A stretch of DNA of 62,000 bases from Chiloscyllium plagiosum (lineage: Eukaryota): the NCBI RefSeq assembly GCF_004010195.1, contig NC_057755.1, forward strand, positions 8,131,082 to 8,193,081, read 5' to 3'. The number at the start of each line of letters is the position of its first letter. Positions within the stretch are counted from its first letter, which is position 1. Positions 1-12,426 of the stretch are shown one piece after another. The position numbers and the translations under genes are program-made. The notes under the pieces were generated by a model. The model saw only the letters and a list, made by a program, of their open reading frames with translations, was not told the origin of the DNA and ran no database searches.

Positions 1-907
1 ATCCCCTATAACCACTACTTGTCTTTTTTCTCCCCCCTCTTGAATGGCCTTCTGGACCATGGTGCCTTGGTCAGTTAGCTCATCCTGTCCAGAGCCCTTT
101 TCCTCATCCGAACAGGGAGCAAGAATCTCGTACCTGTTGGACAAGGTCAAGGGCTGAGGCTCCTCCACTCCTGAACTCCGGTTCCCCCTACCTGCCTCAC
201 TTACAGTCACACTCTTTTGTGCCTGATCACTAGCTGAATGTGAATTACTTAATCTCCCACGTGTGACTGCCTCCTGAAACAAAGCATCCAGGTAACTCTC
301 CCCCTCCCGGATGTGCCGCAGTGTTTGAAGCTCAGATTCCAGATCATCAACTCTGATCCGGAGTTCTTCCAGCAACCAACACTTGCTGCAGATGTGGTCA
401 CTGCCGTTCACAATGGGATCAGCCAACTCCTACATCATACAGCAACAGCACATCACCTGCCCAGCCATCTCTGCTTAGTTAGTTAGTTAGTTAGTTACTT
501 TGTACAAGTATGAATTAGAATACCTTCTGATACCTCTCTGCTATAGTTTTTTTGTTACCCTAAATAAGGACTTGATGTATACACACAAAAATAAAGCGAA
601 GAAATAAAAATCCTTACCTTAAAAGAAAAAGCAGTAGTTAAGAAGGTTAGAGGAGGAGGGTGGGTGGGAGATACTATAGGTGTAGAATCTCGGGTTTAGC
701 CGCCTTCCTGACTTATATACTCACTTTTCCTTCCCGGCTGCCCCTCTGCTTGCCGTCACTTCCTCTGCTGCCCCCGCTCTTTCTGTGGAGAGAGAGTGAA
801 AAAAAACACACCGCTGCCCGCTACAGGTAAGCAATTTTAAAACAAACTGTCTTACCTTTGCTGTAGTCTCCCGGGTTCGCTTTTACCTTCGACGCTGCTC
901 CCACTCA
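1..907 (-). mobile_element. CR1-clade LINE, 5' end (5'UTR about 469-907, ORF1 N-terminus 468 to window start), abutting or inserted into an older CR1 ORF2
   Basis: Minus-strand translation from ATG at 468 gives MAGQVMCCCCMM*ELADPIVNGSDHICSKCWLLEELRIRVDDLESELQTLRHIRE, a CR1 ORF1 zinc-finger/leucine-zipper with one premature stop. The neighbouring ORF2 breaks at PDQVYP near 910. Confidence 0.8.
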
Positions 908-2855
908 AAATCGGGTACACCTGATCAGGTCCTGGGGATTTATCCACCTTTAACCGTTTCAAGACATCCAGCACTTCCTCCGCTGTAATCTCGACATTTT
1001 GCAAGATGTCACCATCTATTTCCATAAACTCTATATCTTCCATATCCTTTTCCACAGTAAATACTGATGCAAAATATTCATTTAATATCTCCCCCATTTT
1101 CTGTGGCTCCACACAAAGGCCGCCTTGCTGATCTTTGAGGGGCCCTATTCTCTCCCTAGTTACCCTTTTGTCCTTAGTATATTTGTAAAGATCCTTTGGA
1201 TTCTCCCTAATTATATTTGTCAAAGCTATCTCATGTCCCCGTTTTGTCCTCCTGATTTCCCTCTTAAGTGTACTCCTACTCCCTTTACACTCTTCTAAGG
1301 ATTGATGCGATCTATCCTATCCATACCTGACACATGCTTCCTTCCTTTTCTTAACCAAACCCTCAATTTGTTTAGTCGTTCAGCATTCCCTATACCTACC
1401 AGCCTTCCCTTTCATCCTGACTGGAATATACTTTCCTAGGATTCTTGTTTTCTCATTTCTGAAGGATTCCCATTTTCCAGCCATCCCTTTGCCTGCGAAC
1501 ATCTGCCTCCAATCAGTGTTCGAAATTTCTTGCCTAATACCGTCAAAATTGGCCTTTCTACAATTTAGAACTTCAACTTTTAGATCTGATCTATCCTTTT
1601 ACATCATGATTTTAAAACGAATAGAATTATGGTCGCTGGCCCCAAAGTGCTCCCCCACTGACACCTCAGTCACCTGCCCTGCCTTATTTCCCAAGAGTAG
1701 GTCAAGTCTTGCACCTTCTCGAGTAGGTATATCCACATACTGAATCAGAAAATTGTCTTGTACACACTTAAGAAATTCCTCTCCTTCTCAACCTTTAACA
1801 CTATGGCAGTCCCAGTCGATGTTTGGAAAGATAAAATCCCCTACCATAACTACCCAATTGTTCTTACAGATAGCTGAGATGTCCGTACCAGTTTGTTTCT
1901 CAATTTCCCTCTGACTATTAAGGGGTCTATAATACAATCCCAATTAGGTGATCATCCATTTCTTATTTCTCAGTTCACCCAATTAACTTCCCTGGATGTA
2001 TTTCCGGGAATATCCTCCCTCAGCACAGTTGTAATGCTATCCCTTAACAAAAATGCCACCCCCCCTCCTCTCTTGCCTCCCTTTCTATCCTTCCTGCAGC
2101 ATTTGTAAAATGGAACATTAAGCTGTCAGTCCTGCCCATTCCTGAGCCATGTTTCTGTAACTGCTATGATATCCCAGTCCCATGTTCCTAACCATGACCT
2201 GAGTTCATCTGTCTTCCTTGTTACACCACGTGCATTGAAATAAATGCAGTTTAATTTATTAATCCTACCTTGTCTCTGCCTGCCCTGACTGTTTGACTCA
2301 GTTCTGTTCTCAGCTGTACCCGTCTCAGACCGATCTCTTTCCTCACTATCTCCCTGGGTCCCATACCCCCACCTCACTAGTTTAAATCCTCCCAAGCAGT
2401 TCTATCACTTTTCCCTGCCAGTCAAGTCGTCCCCTTCCAATTTAGGTGCAATCCATCCTTCTGTCCAGGCTAGGTCTACCCCAAAAGAGATACCAATGAT
2501 CCAAAAATGTTAATCATTCTCCCATACACCAGCTCCTCAGCCATGCATTAATCTGCTCTATCCTCCCATTCCTGCCCTCACTAGCTCGTAGCACTGGGAG
2601 TATCGGGATATTACTACCCTTGAGGACCTCCTTTTTAAATTTCTGCCTAACTCTCTGTAATCTCCTTTCAGAATCTCAACCTTTTCCCTTCCTGTTTCGT
2701 TCGTTCCAATGTGGACAATGACCTCCTTCTGGGCCCTCTCCCCCGTGAGAACATTCTGCACCCTCTCTGAGACATCCTTGACCAAGGAAACAACACAACA
2801 TTCTGCTTTTTCTCTGCTGCCACAGAAACGTCTGTCAGTACCTCGGAGTATAGAC
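908..2855 (-). mobile_element. CR1 LINE fragment: ORF1 esterase C-terminus and ORF2 APE endonuclease/linker, degraded
   Basis: ORF track shows VIVHIGTNE (SGNH esterase-like), CIYFNARG..WDIIAVTETWL (APE) and NEYFASVFT..KSPGPDQVYP. Confidence 0.9.
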
Positions 2856-4723
2856 CCGCCCAGAAGGAACATGAAGCTAAAGGCAATGGAGGAATGTCCA
2901 CGATCATCCTCGAACAAAGAGGTGCTTCAATTTTTGGGCCTGAGTGCGGTCTACTGTCCAAAACGTCAGCAGTGTGGTGGCATCGCTGATGGATTCACGA
3001 AAGAAGAACATGACATTTTGTTATACATAACAACGTCAGGGCCAATTTGAAGTTTGAAATGCTGAATTGAGCATCATAGCAAGTTTAGACACATCAAACT
3101 TCTTAAAACCCTTCCAAATCTCGTCAACGTCAGAGATGTAGGGGTTGATGCAGGAGGATGATAACGAAATTGACAGTTTAACTGGTTATTATTCAAAGAA
3201 ATTCAATATTCAACAGAGAAAACATTCCAACGTTGAAATACAGCATTTCACCATGTATAATAGGAGGAATCTCTCACAGATGTTTGTATATACCGACCAC
3301 CACCCTTTCCCTTTTTTGGAAAGATTCAAGAATAAAAATTTGAAAGTATTTCGATGGAGTCTGATGCGACAAGTTTCCAAATTCACAAATAGTACATGTG
3401 GTGACTCGGAATAAAATTATTGCAGAAGTGTTATCACGGGGTGAAAAGAAAACATATAGATATGATTGAACTGATTCAGTGCAATGTGTTACATAAGGTA
3501 ACTTAAATATGAATTTCGTAATAATGGTGTTAAAATTTAATAAGGAAGAGAAAAATGCAGCCATCTTTATATTATCATTGTTCATTAATTCGTAAAGAGG
3601 AGATGTTATGTAGTAATAAGCATGAATGGTGTCTTAAATAGAAAGGGTTCTTTTCTGAGGGGAGAGATTTTGACAGTACATGTGTCCTTGACTAGATATC
3701 AGTGTCACAGAGAGCACTGGGGACTGATAAACTGGAAGAATTTGCAGTAGGGTTATTAACATTGGCTGGGTTTTGTTTTGATGTTAAGGCAACTGCACTT
3801 GAATTTAATCAAACAATTTAAAGTATGCCCAGCATAATAAAAGCAATTAAATTTAAACTTGATTGCATTGAGAAGATCGGACGAATGGGATGTAGGAGTC
3901 ACGATGAATTCTTAAGCTGGGTATTTTGAAAGTTGCTCAGAGCACAATGCCGCCGAGGCGAGCTAACTGCATCTCTGAAAAACGTCTCAAAGAAGTGTCT
4001 TTTAATGATACCATTTTATATAAAGATACGCGGAGTTAAAGGTGAGAAGACCCAGAAGACGAGAACAGATTCGGGGCGCACAGAGGAAGACTGGAGTAAC
4101 AGAAGGAAAGACCATCTGTGTGGACTTTAAGAGAATAAGTATTAATTTACCGTTTTTATTAATTGTGTCATTGGTACAACATAGCAGGAGAATTGTGGTC
4201 GTATATTCGTATTTAGGGAGAAGATTGTTTGGTTTGATAATACTTCTGTTAGAGTGTTCACTTTTAGGATTTAACAAATAAATTTTTACTTTTAGTTATG
4301 GAGTGGAAATCAGGGGTTTACTTTCAGTCATAAAGTCATAGAATACCTACAGTTTGGAAACAGGCTCGTCAGCCCAACAAATCCACTCCAACTCTGAAGA
4401 CTAACCCATTTCTTTGCACTATTACACTACATTTACCCTGACCAATGCACCTAACCTGCGCATCCCTGAGCACTTTGGGCAATTGAGCATGGCGAGTTCT
4501 CTCAAACGGCACATTTTTGGACTGTGAAAGGAAAGCGGAGGACCCAGTGAAAATACGCAAACGCCATAAAGCATGTCACCCGAGACTGGAATTGAACCAT
4601 GTTTCTGGTGCTGTGAGACAGCATTGCTAAACGCAACAGTTTTAACAGCTGATAGGGTGAGACGAGGTTCTCTGTGTGTTTCAGTTTTGATTATCAGTGA
4701 GGCTTTACCTCAACATAGCAACA
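2856..4723 (+). mobile_element. Gypsy LTR retrotransposon 3' remnant: RT thumb/RNase H, polypurine tract (about 3657-3667) and 3' LTR (about 3669-4723, interrupted by a SINE)
   Basis: KAMEECPRSSSNKEVLQFLGL and GYYSKKFN..VYTDHHP..FRWSL are Gypsy RT/RNase H motifs. A GAGGGGAGAGA tract follows, then an LTR-like segment ending in AACA. Confidence 0.75.
4332..4634 (-). mobile_element. HE1-like tRNA-derived SINE, diverged
   Basis: Reverse complement of the element at 41268-41588, with a B-box remnant (ggaattgaacc). Confidence 0.75.
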
Positions 4724-4739
4724 ATAGGAAGGTCACTTA

Positions 4740-6170
4740 TGTACAGTAGCCACATTTGCAGATGACACAAAAATGCGTGGGAAGGCATCTTGGGAGAGGG
4801 ACATCAACAACTGGCAGACAGATATTGATCGTTTGCATTAGTAAGCAAAACATTGTTAAATAGAATATACCATGAGAATATGTTAGGTTGTTCTTTTTGG
4901 AAAGTAAAATAAATGCAACAATATTATTTAAACAAGGAAAAGTTGAAGAAAATTGCAACAGTAAGTGACTTCGATAATTGTGCACGAAACCCAGAATAGG
5001 TTGACATAGGTGCAGCAAGGAAAAAGGAAATACAGGATGGGAGGCTACTAAATAAGACAAGAACCCACAGTATTCGTGGCAAGTTACTGGCATGGATAGA
5101 GTCTTGGCTGACTGGCAGAAGATAAGGGCAGGGATAAGGGGGGCCCTTTTAATTTGCTTACAGTGACCTGTGGAATTTCCCAGATGTTAGTTTGCGACCA
5201 TAAGTATTCATGTTTCACATGAATAATCTGGACAAAGGAATTGATGGCATTTTTGCAACTTAGCATATGATTCAAAGATAGATCGAGGAACAATTATTGT
5301 TGACTAAGAACCAAGGCTGCAACCAAAGAAAAGAACACGAATGGAGACTGAGCAAACAAGTGGAAAATGGAATGCAATGCGGGGAAGTTTGTGGTAATGA
5401 CGTTACGTATAAAGAAAAGAGATGAAGGCTACTTGCTAGGCCAGAAAAAAAAAAGATTTCGTAAATCTGAACAAGTGACTTAGCAGTCGCACTTCTAGAT
5501 CTCTAAATGGTAAAATGCAGGTTTAGTTGGCAGTGCAGAAGGCAAATGCAATGTTGGCTTTCGTTTCAAGAGAGCCAGAAATCTAAACGTGATCATTGCT
5601 GAGATTATATAAGGCTCTGGTCAGATCATACTTTGGATACTGTCAGCAGTTTTAGGGCTTTAATATCAAGAGAGATGTGCATTGGAGCGGGTCAGGTAGG
5701 GGTTTACAAAAATGATCATGGGCTTGAAGGTCTTGTCAAATGAGGAGTAGGTGTGAATTCGGGGTCTGTACTTCATGGAGGTTAGAAGAATGAGGACAGT
5801 CTTTTTAAGTGTTAGATCAGACTGACTATTCAAAAGAGAGTTGACGTGTAGAAAGTGCTTCCAAAAGTATGAGAGACTAGACCCGTAGGGCAATAACTGA
5901 GATTGTAAGATGGCCTTTAGAACTGAGACGATGTGGAATCTCTTCAGCCAGGGGTTGTTTATTCTGCTGGACTGCCGCTGAGGGCGCTGAGGGCAAGGCA
6001 GTGAACGTAATTAATAACAATACCGAAGTGTTCATGATTGGTAAGGTAATTCAACATTGTGAGGAGAAGGCAGGATATTGGGATTGAGAATGGGTTCGCA
6101 TGATCAAATGGCAGAGCAGACTCGATAGGATGAATGGCTTAATTCTGCTCCTATATCGGATGGTCTTATG
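4740..6170 (+). mobile_element. Old CR1/L2-type LINE 3' fragments
   Basis: FADDTK codons (tttgcagatgacacaaaa) near 4754 and the typical 3' tail gaatggcttaattctgctcctatatc..ggtcttatg near 6133-6170. Confidence 0.65.
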
Positions 6171-6989
6171 ATATAATGTAGAAGAATATTTATATATGGA
6201 CTGAAACAGTTTCTAAACAAAACAATATTGTAGAAGATTCAAACACATCCAAAATGCAACAATATTTTTACATTATATCCTTGGTCCAAACGTGCGCAAA
6301 AGAGCTGAATTGGAGACGTGTGATAAGAGTGACTGCCTTTGCCATCAAGTGTGTCTTTGAATCAGTATGACATTAAAGAGTTCTCGCAAAGGTTGCATGA
6401 ATGCGAATCACGGTGCCTAAGTTCCTCTGATTGGTATCATATCTGTTGCAGAAGAAAATCTCTGCAGGAAATCCTCAAAGTCGTGTTCTCGGCCCAAACA
6501 TATTCAGCCAATCCATCACTGACTACATCTTATTTTGTTAAATATTATTTTTACAACATGAGTTCAATGATCTTGGAATACTATGGCCAGTAGAATACCA
6601 CCTCACTCACCAATGCTTGTGCACCACCCAGAAAGGCAGAAATCAACAGTGTAAATAAATACTCTCCACTTGCCTGGATGGGTGCACATTCATCAAAACT
6701 CACCGTGCTCTGCATATTTGCTTTCTCCAATGATAAGATGAGATTGACGTTCTATTTGGAGTGTGCCATTTTTGGACCTTTACTTATGAGGGATTATCTC
6801 CACTAACTCGGTTCATCTGCTCCCCATACTAAACAGTATGCACTCACTACATCACATCAGCGTTTTCAAGATTGATGTGTCTAAATGATTGGATAGATTC
6901 CTATAATGCGTTCCCCAGAACAATATACTGTAGCAGTGTTCTGGGACTTGAAATAATGCATGTGCTCTTGTGCTAAACTGAGAAAACAG

Positions 6990-7600
6990 ATGACTGACAT
7001 ACTTAGTGCGCGTGTGTATGCGTGTGTGCATGCATGCGTGTGTGAAAGAGAGTGAGAGAACAGTGAATGATGGAGAGAGGCAGGGAATGAGATCGACAGA
7101 GAGACAAAGAGGGAAAGGTAGAGAGATAACGATAGAGAAAGGGAGGCAGAGGAGGGAGAGATAGATGAATGGATATAGAGAAATAACACAGGTACAGAAA
7201 GAGAGGGAGACAGAGTGGAGAGATAGACAGCAATTTACGAAGGTAGGGACAAAGAATGAGACACTAAGAGCAAGTGAGAGAGAAAAAAGACAGAGCGAGA
7301 TAGCGAGAGCGACAGACAGTGAAAGAGACAAGGGTTGAGAGATAAAAAAAGGCAAACAGAAATGCAGAGCCAGGCAAACAAAATTGGCATACAGAGAGAA
7401 ATAGAGGGAGAGAGAAAGACAGTAAGATACTGAGAGGGATTCATAGAGAGGGAAAGACAGACAAGAGCATATAAAGAGAGTGAGACGCAGATATAAAGAG
7501 GACGAGAGGGACAGAGACCGAAGCAGACAAAGAGTGAGGGAGAAAGAGGGAGAGAAGGCAACATCATTGCAGTGGGAGTAGGGATAAAGTGGGTTCAAGG
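6990..7600. repeat. GA-rich low-complexity tract
   Basis: Degenerate (GA)n/(GACA)n. A paralogous tract lies at about 42110-42360. Confidence 0.85.
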
Positions 7601-8240
7601 ATAGACAGCAATCAGAGCCCTTCCCATATTGTAATAAAGTGTTTATTGTGAGCTGAACAGAGAGCGTCTGATAATCATCTTGGTGCAGGAAGGAATGCTT
7701 TTGATCCTACCCTTCCGGCCCTGTGAGTAGTCTTCATGTTGGTGTCTAACACTCATCCACAGCGTTGTCCGTGAAGATTTGATATTCCAGCTGAACGCAT
7801 CTCTTCATAGTCACTGAATCACTGATAATCACTCCTGCAGTGCCTTTTAATCCTAAAATGTTTCGAACAGTCACCTCTTGACCCTTACATGCCGTCCCTT
7901 TGTCAAGTCCTTCAATAGCTATGAACGTGGAGGGGTGGAAATTTTGTAAACTCTGGAAGATGGAGTGGGCATGAAAGGTAGACGAGAATGTCGATTTGAT
8001 GTTGCAGCTGCATGTGCTGCGATCTTCTCGAAAGATGGGCGAAATAGGCTCGAGGGGCTGAATAGCCGACTGCTCCTCATTGCTTGTGTGACCCTGTTTG
8101 TGACAATCTAACAATCATTCAGAGAATGTAACGTCTTCCTGAGCGTGTTGAATTCTGCTAATCACCCTTTCTGCACTGGGGAAACAGCAAATGCCTCTGT
8201 ACCGCTCTCAGTTGCTTTTCTGAATGACGAAGTGAGCAAT

Positions 8241-9106
8241 TTACTTCATTAGTTGTTGCCCTGCATTCCTGAACTTCGCTCTGAACTTAGGTAGAGTAAT
8301 TGCATAAAAAAATGTGTTCGTGCTGCAGCTGATATCTTTGAGCAAGTCCCCGACTTGTATAGCAATATTGCCCTGCCCTAGATTTATTCCATTAATCTTA
8401 TAATATAAGAAGTTTGTACCATACACTAACCACAGAAGTAGAAAGCTGACGGATATGGTAAAGAGGGAAATCACCGAATTCCTTCGGTTCTTCACGTCTG
8501 TGTCTTTCTGACCCTCTTCATTTCTCGGACTCCTCAGCCTCTTGCTGAGTCGACTGGCCACGAAAATGTGCCTGACCGTTATCATATTCATCAAAAGAAT
8601 TAACACAAACGGAATGAAAGGTGTTAAAATATTATCTAACCACTGAAATCCAAGCCACTTGAGATCAGAAAAGTAGCTTGATTTTGTTCTGCAGTACATG
8701 GGAACATTGTCAATTATAGTTAAATGTTGAAACCGAAAAAAGAAGGGAATGTTTTTTGAACAGAACAGAATGACAGTTACAGCGAGAGCCACAGCCAAGG
8801 CTTTCTCTGTCCAATATTTTCTCTTCAGTTTCTGGCAGCAAATGACCACAAATCGATCAAAGGAGAAAAGGACGGTGAACCATACAGAACAGTCTGTGGC
8901 TGCATGAGCGAGAACAAAGACAGCACTGCACACAGATGTGATGTCCAGTGAGCTCCTTGGGAGGTGGTAGTTTTTGAATTCCCACAGTATGAGGTGAATC
9001 AGAATGAACAGAAGATCCGCTATTGCCATGGCCACCAGGCATCGTGTTGTGCAATTGGAGAGGTCACACTTTCCACGTGCGAGAACCAAAATCACTATGG
9101 AATTAA
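8241..9106 (-). CDS. GPR139/GPR142-like class A GPCR, unit A, exon 2 (TM1 C-terminal half to stop)
   Basis: Open frame with 7TM pattern: VN..VILVLARGKCDLS, LVAMAIADLL, CSVWFTVLFSFDRFVVICC, PFIPFVLILLMN, CSTNTFFY. Acceptor ctctttcAG|TT at 9107/9106, phase 1. Confidence 0.9.
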
Positions 9107-10149
9107 CTGAAAGAGATATGAAGTAAATAAAACAAAACACAAAAAAATTAGTAAAATATTTTCAGTGTCTGATCAGAAAGCAGTAGACGATTTCAGCTTC
9201 TAAATGGATTAGTTTGGACGGGTCTCAGGTCAAATGTAAAAATGACTGCTCTGAACCTGACATATTTCGAAGCTGCTCACTCCGAACTTTATGTAAGTGG
9301 GGACGGGGAATTGACAGATGACAAGGGCGTGCAGGTCTAAAGTGAAAGTTGTGAGTTTCAGAGGGTATTTGGGGAAAGGGCTTTCACCAGATGCTAATGG
9401 ATTCCTGGAATGTGTTGTTTGGGAGGGCAGTTGAAGTAGAAAATCTAAAAATTTGAAGAAGTCCTTGGATGAGCAGTTAGAATCGCTTTTCAGCACAGTT
9501 TTATCTGAAGGAGTGTTACTGGAACAAAACATTAACTCAATCTTCTCCCTCCTGATGCGACGACACTGGCCAGCTTTCACTGGTAATTTTTGTTTATCTT
9601 TGCTATGTTTCATTAAGGCTGTAAATATTGTTTTTTTCTGCTTTTAGAGTTTAACTCTGGCCGGCTGGTGTTCAATAACTCGTAAAAGGAGTTGTCCATT
9701 CAGCCCTTTGGGCCTGCTCTGTCATTTGACATTGTGGTAGGTGCTTCTCAACACCAGTGCTTGTTCTCTCTCCATTCCCTTTGGTGCCCTCAAGTCACCA
9801 AACGTATCTGTCGTATACCCCAGAAACCTCACTCAGAGTATGGGAGACAGAAAGACAGACAGAGTTGGAATATTTGAGACTAAAAACTTTATCTCTTTTT
9901 CCATCGCTGTACCACCAGGGTATGCAACAACCTGATGGTACTGTGCTGTAAATCGCAATCTGTTTGATGTCAGCTACCGAACACACTGACAGTACTCTTA
10001 CGTTAGTTGTCTTGCCATGAGATCAGTTTCTCGTCAGCAATGTCGAACATAGCAGTTTACCAATGTACTCTGGAAATGTGCAGTCAACATACACAGTCTG
10101 CATTATTGGCTGCAGTTGCAAATACAAATAGGACGGCACCAAATGCCGT

Positions 10150-11125
10150 GCAATCATATAGAATCATACAACAATTCTGTACAACTCATCCATGCCCAAC
10201 AGATACTCTATATTGATGTCGTCCAATTTGCCAACATTGATCTGTATCCTATGTATGTATCTAACCAGATGCTTTTTCAATATTGTAATTGTACCAGCCT
10301 CCATCAGATCCTCTGGTAGCTCATGCGATTAATGCATCATCCTATGAATGACAACTTTGCCCCTCAGGTTACTTTTAAATCTTTATCCTCTCAACTTAAA
10401 ACTCTGTGCTCGAGTTTTCGACTCTCTCCATCAAGAAAAATAATAATTGGATATTCACCCTATCCACGCCCCTCGTGAATTTATAAATCTCCATAAAGTC
10501 AACTCTCAACCTCCAAAGCACCAGGCAAAATAGCGTCGGTCTAGTCAGCCTCTCTCGAAAGCTCAAAGCCTTCAATTCTGGTAGTAGCTCTTTCAATCTT
10601 CTGTGAACTGAATTAAGTTTAATTTATCATTACAATAGTAGTGAGACCAGAACACAATGCATCATTCTAAAAGTGACCTCACTAATGTCTTATACAGCTG
10701 CAACATGACGACCCAACCCCTCTATTCAGTGCACTCCGAATGCAGGTGATCGTGCCAAACACCATGTTTACTATCCTGTCTACTTGCAGCCTGCAATGCA
10801 CCAGTTTTATCGGAAACGCTCCCCAATGCCCGAACATAAACTGTATCAGTCCTGTCCTGCTTTACCTAACCAAATTGCAACAGTTTACATCTATCTGGAA
10901 TAAACTCCGTCTGCAAATTCTCAGTCCAATGCTGATCTGATCAAGATACAACTTTGCTCTGAAGTAACCTTCTGTAAAATCCACTACAACACCTATTTTG
11001 ATGTCATCCGGAAATTTGTAAACCATAGCTGCTATATACAGATTGAAACCATTTCTAAGAATGATGAAAAACATTGGAACTAGCATTCCAATGCTGCTGG
11101 TCACAGGCATCCAGATGGAAAACAA
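10150..11125 (-). mobile_element. Degraded CR1 LINE 3' part (RT C-terminus and tail), within the unit A intron
   Basis: KFPDDIKIGVVVD and LSFRERL..RLRVDFMEIYKFTRGVDRV in the ORF track. Confidence 0.8.
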
Positions 11126-11239
11126 CGATTGAAATCATAATTTGCATTATTTCCAACATTCCCAAAGTTGTGAAATGTCTCAGCACGTTTTAGAATTGGC
11201 TCTATTTAGGAAGGAAGGGGGGCAGCTTGCAATACATTA

Positions 11240-11480
11240 CAATATGGCAAGTTTTACATGCATTTGGAAACTAGGGCAAACTCTCGAACTACTCTCGGAA
11301 TCAGACAGAGACGACGAGTGGTGGTGCAATCTGAATGCCTCGTGCCTCAAGCGACGATAGAGACTGAGAAGGACAATCATTGAAAGGTAAGCTCAACCAG
11401 TGCAGGAATGGGACACACACCGGTGGCATTACTCTGCATTACAAAGTACCGATCCAGCCAACTGAACTAACCGACCCTTA
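11240..11480 (-). mobile_element. Degraded tRNA-derived SINE (non-HE1)
   Basis: Reverse complement begins ggtcggttagttcagttggctgg (A-box-like), followed by a degenerate B-box. Confidence 0.5.
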
Positions 11481-12359
11481 AACACCACGGTCCTCATTAA
11501 AGTGAAAATAATATGCACATTGACAAGGGCGCAGTCTATCAATTTTTTCAAAAGGCTGATTTTCTGTGAGACTCCTTTGAAAACCAAGACCAAAATGGAA
11601 TCAAAGTATTTGCGAACTCAGGGGAACAGGTTCACAAATATGTAAAATAGTGTTAACAGGGCAACAAAACCAAAACATAGCAAAATTAAGGCAATTAGAG
11701 TCTATTTACAGAAGGCAATTGAAATACAAAGAGTTAATATTCCTCTGCAATGGAGTCTTTGTGTGTGCACGTTTAGTTTACCAGATGTAGTTCTGGATAT
11801 CATACCACAACAACATGAGTAAATACGCGAGACTACATGTAATAATACGATGGAGAATGATAACTAAGCTGAGAAACATTTGTTTCATTGTTCATGGTCA
11901 AAGCCACTAACTAAACTCTCACTGTAAATATAATGGTTAACGTCAGAGACACAGAGAAGCGCACTGGTTAATTACTCAGAAAAGCGGAACAAAACCCACC
12001 TGAAATGTCATTGTCCTTACTAGATTTAAATTCCACACTTTAAATCACACAATTCCAAAGTGATTACTTTAATGAATTCGATCGAAACTCTCAGCGTCTC
12101 CAAACAAAATGAAGATTTTCGAAGTTTCCAGAAAGAAGTAAATTATTTACAACAAAATTTCAATTCGTTAAATATTTTGTGGGGACTCTACGATGTTGGG
12201 CATTGTGGAGGGAAATTGGAAAATGAGCCTAAATAACCGACTGTCTGCCCCTCTGTGAGGTTGGTCGCAACATGCCCATGTATCATTGCCAGTGGGAGAG
12301 TGAAAACGCAGAGAATCCTCAGGCATATTCACAAGCGTTCACTGGTACAAGACACTTAC

Positions 12360-12426
12360 CAGGAATTGTTACGATCGGAAGGATTACATAAAATAATTTC
12401 CGTGCATGATGAATTGAGAAACCCAT
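12360..12426 (-). CDS. GPR139-like GPCR unit A, exon 1 (MGFSIHHARKLFYVILPIVTIP+G)
   Basis: ATG at 12426, 67 nt, donor CCTG|GTAAGT. Phase 1 joins in frame to exon 2 and gives 310 aa. Paralogous 67-nt exons occur twice more. Confidence 0.85.

Noticed and set aside
6852..7598. 248-aa hydrophobic ORF and overlapping ORFs
   Set aside because: Translation of a CT-rich low-complexity strand, with no protein motifs.
9107..9140. ORF-track start MFCFIYFISLS for the unit A receptor
   Set aside because: Lies in the intron's polypyrimidine tract upstream of the AG acceptor; a proper exon 1 exists at 12360-12426.
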